DNA of 57,018 nucleotides from a virus (Duplodnaviria > Caudoviricetes). The notes beneath the pieces were generated by a model. That model had not been told where the DNA came from. It did no database searches and was given only the letters and a program-made list of their open reading frames with translations. The translations under genes and the position numbers were made by a program. Where the stretch lies: positions 1-57,018 of the IMG/VR virus record IMGVR_UViG_3300033996_001518. One strand, given 5' to 3'. This document shows positions 54,790 through 57,018 of the stretch, in pieces (the first letter of the stretch is position 1; the number at the start of each line of letters is the position of its first letter).

Positions 54790-56628
54790 TTAAGAGAAGG
54801 TAACTGATTGGAAATTTTTAACAGATACTCTAATATCTTTGTTAGGGTATCTAACTTGATACACTTGGGATGGTTGTGCGAAGATTGTATCATCAACAGT
54901 TGCAATTTCTTTAGTCTCAGCATCCGAATATTCCATAGATGTTTCAGCGGATGAATATTGACCCCCAACATTATTATAAACGTTTAATCCCGCAACAGTT
55001 AATACACCGTTTTGATTTTGAACAATACTTTTTAACTCAGATAAATAAACATTTTGACCTAACTCCCTTGTTTGAGGATTGAAGTAAGTTGAAATTCTAT
55101 CAACAACATCCGCAATAACTTGTCCTGAATTTTGAGCAGAATCTAAAACAATCTGAACATCAATACTCAAGTCAATAACCTCAGCAGTTAATATTGAAAT
55201 ATAGTCATTCATCATTCTATAGTTCGATAGATAATTTGCAACATTCTGTCTTAAAGTGTCTGATACAATACTTGTTAATTTTCCTGAAGTATCATAAGAT
55301 AATAATTGAATTAATATTTTATTATTATTTTCCGTAATTGAAACTTTTGCAGGCGCTCCGAACTCAGCCGGCATATTTCTAATAATTGACTCGTAGTCTT
55401 GAACCGTAACCGCTCTTTTTTGTGCGGAGAAGTTAAATGATACGTAGTTTCTAATTTCCTCTAATGATGGTACACCTGAACCTCCAATAGCTGCAGTCAC
55501 GTTGTTACATCTTAATGAATTAACCACTGATGAGTTTGTTGTTTCAGATGGTCCGTTTACAAAGAAGTTTACAGTACCAATTTGATTAATAACATTTGTC
55601 CCTAAATTTGTTGCCAATCCACCACCAACTCGATATTGAATGAATAGTGTTGAGTTAGGAGTTAACGCAGACCCTAATGAGAAATTGTTTGAATATCTTT
55701 GTAAATCAATTGTTGCACCAACTGTTGTAAATTGGTCTAATGAATCTTGAGCGGTATTTGTACCACCACCAAATGTCATTTTTTTAAATCCTTCTGGGGT
55801 ATATTCCGTTATAAATCTATTAGATGTTTGGATATACTTTCCAACCTTAATACCCGGTTGGTCTGATACTTTTGTTGGGTCTTCGATGAATACTCGGTCT
55901 TCCGCAAGTGCGTCAACCTCATACCATTTATTAGATGCCCCTAAAAATTCCGCAGTAGATGGAACATTGGTATATTCGGTACCACTTTTCAGTAATACAC
56001 TTGTAATACCTAACACATTTTTTTCAGGTAAGAATAATTCAAAGAATGGTTTAACATCATTTGGAGTAATAACTCTTTTGAATACTTTGGTAATACCATT
56101 AACAACTAATTCTCTTTTAGTGATTGTATAGTTAATTAAGACATTATTGGCATTGAAGTTAGGTATTTTTAATCTATTAGGGAATCCTTGTGCATTATAT
56201 GGTGAAGTAAAATCAACATCATAAATGTTTTCAAACACAATACCCGCACCAACTACTTGAGACCCTCTTGTTAACACCCCTAAATATCTTTCATCTTCTT
56301 TGTCCCCAAACGCAGGAACCGTTATTGAAAAATCAACCAAAGACACCGATGGTCTTTGTCCCGGTAATTTTAAACCATAAGTTCTTGCGATATTATAGAT
56401 AGACGACCTTTGTTGAGCATATTGTAAAACGGTCTCTTGAATACTTCTATCTATATGGTAGTGTAAGTTATCCGCAACCGCAGCGTTCAAGTCTAAGAAC
56501 ACAGAGAACACAGAAGCGTCGTTGAAGTCCTGTATTAATTCAGGGTAGTAAGTTCTTACATAGTTTAATAACTCAGTTCTTATTCCCTGATAATCTCTTG
56601 TAGTATATGATATATTACGATTTGCCAT
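54790..56628 (-). CDS. gp6: baseplate wedge subunit, T4 gp6 / baseplate J-like
   Basis: ISYTTRDYQGIR..L..Y....DF..S, YRVGGG..N, GG....LEEIR and AQKRAVTVQDY motifs; adjacent to the gp25-like gene. Confidence 0.9.
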   Translation of the reverse strand: MANRNISYTTRDYQGIRTELLNYVRTYYPELIQDFNDASVFSVFLDLNAAVADNLHYHIDRSIQETVLQYAQQRSSIYNIARTYGLKLPGQRPSVSLVDFSITVPAFGDKEDERYLGVLTRGSQVVGAGIVFENIYDVDFTSPYNAQGFPNRLKIPNFNANNVLINYTITKRELVVNGITKVFKRVITPNDVKPFFELFLPEKNVLGITSVLLKSGTEYTNVPSTAEFLGASNKWYEVDALAEDRVFIEDPTKVSDQPGIKVGKYIQTSNRFITEYTPEGFKKMTFGGGTNTAQDSLDQFTTVGATIDLQRYSNNFSLGSALTPNSTLFIQYRVGGGLATNLGTNVINQIGTVNFFVNGPSETTNSSVVNSLRCNNVTAAIGGSGVPSLEEIRNYVSFNFSAQKRAVTVQDYESIIRNMPAEFGAPAKVSITENNNKILIQLLSYDTSGKLTSIVSDTLRQNVANYLSNYRMMNDYISILTAEVIDLSIDVQIVLDSAQNSGQVIADVVDRISTYFNPQTRELGQNVYLSELKSIVQNQNGVLTVAGLNVYNNVGGQYSSAETSMEYSDAETKEIATVDDTIFAQPSQVYQVRYPNKDIRVSVKNFQSVTFS

Positions 56629-56634
56629 ACAATA

Positions 56635-57018
56635 TTAAATATTAATGATAACGAAATCACTCGGACCAAAAGTTGATTTATCGGTTGAGTAATCTATTTT
56701 TATTTTTGCGGTATATTCTGAAGTTCCCTTACCCGGGAATCTATAAATTGACGATTCACTACTACCCACTATTGCAGTACCTGTTGCAATATCAACTTCT
56801 TCTTGAGGGTCAGCAGGACTTATTGTAATTTGGTTTAATAATAAACCCGGCATAAAGGTACCAACAGCCTCTCGAATGTCAGATTCAATAGCATCAAATG
56901 TTAAACCATCAAATGGTTCGAACAAAAATTCATAAAGTCTTGTACCAAATGTTGGTAAATAATATCTTGAACCTTTTCGAGTCAAAAGTAAGTGGATTAA
57001 ATCCGCTTTAATTTCTTG
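56635..57018 (-). CDS. gp25: baseplate wedge subunit, T4 gp25 / gpW-like (5' end runs off the window)
   Basis: The frame stays open to 57018 (QEIKADLIHLLLTRKGSRYYLPTFGTRLYEFLFEP), which is the gp25 signature. Confidence 0.9.
   Translation of the reverse strand, partial: QEIKADLIHLLLTRKGSRYYLPTFGTRLYEFLFEPFDGLTFDAIESDIREAVGTFMPGLLLNQITISPADPQEEVDIATGTAIVGSSESSIYRFPGKGTSEYTAKIKIDYSTDKSTFGPSDFVIINI

Noticed and set aside
1-57018. Stop-codon reassignment as in some large Bacteroidota phages
   Set aside because: Long ORFs tile the window under the standard code, and TAG (6243, 6668) and TGA (16021, 47602) appear as genuine gene ends.
1-57018. Eukaryotic giant virus or bacterial chromosome origin (collagen-like repeats, GT34, Cys-rich proteins)
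   Set aside because: The gp25/gp6 baseplate genes, DnaG-type primase, bacterial promoters and terminators, and operon-like packing indicate a tailed phage. The adjacent replication genes argue against a stand-alone contractile injection system.

Overview
A 57-kb segment of a very large, AT-rich contractile-tailed (myovirus-like, probably jumbo) bacteriophage. The host is most likely a Bacteroidota: two perfect TTTG-N20-TAnnTTTG promoters are present, I saw no obvious Shine-Dalgarno sequences, and SprB-type repeats occur. Almost all genes are on the - strand. From right to left: baseplate genes (gp25-like, gp6-like, a 1799-aa protein with hydrophobic helices, a gpI/gp7-like wedge protein); then modular, Cys-rich, Thr/Pro-linker fibre or decoration proteins, including a 2733-aa proline-free Gly-X-Y (GTS/GID/GTT/GVN) fibre and a 1442-aa LamG/beta-propeller protein ending in an intein-like Hint domain; then a replication/recombination block (RuvC-like resolvase, primase, PD-(D/E)XK nuclease, Mre11/gp47-like nuclease). 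The only + strand island (24427-29351) sits inside the fibre cluster. It encodes a methyltransferase-GT34 fusion and a three-domain glycosyltransferase whose C-terminal domain looks like an Aah/TibC-type protein O-heptosyltransferase with an intact iron-finger Cys motif. The best candidate for a new system is phage-encoded glycosylation of its own Ser/Thr-rich virion fibres. Also notable: the C-terminal Hint domain, a 66-bp direct repeat bracketing the Hint gene, a recurrent sense-strand TATTTATA late-promoter-like motif, and a candidate structured RNA upstream of the glycosylation operon. All family assignments are from motif recognition by eye; no database searches were run.
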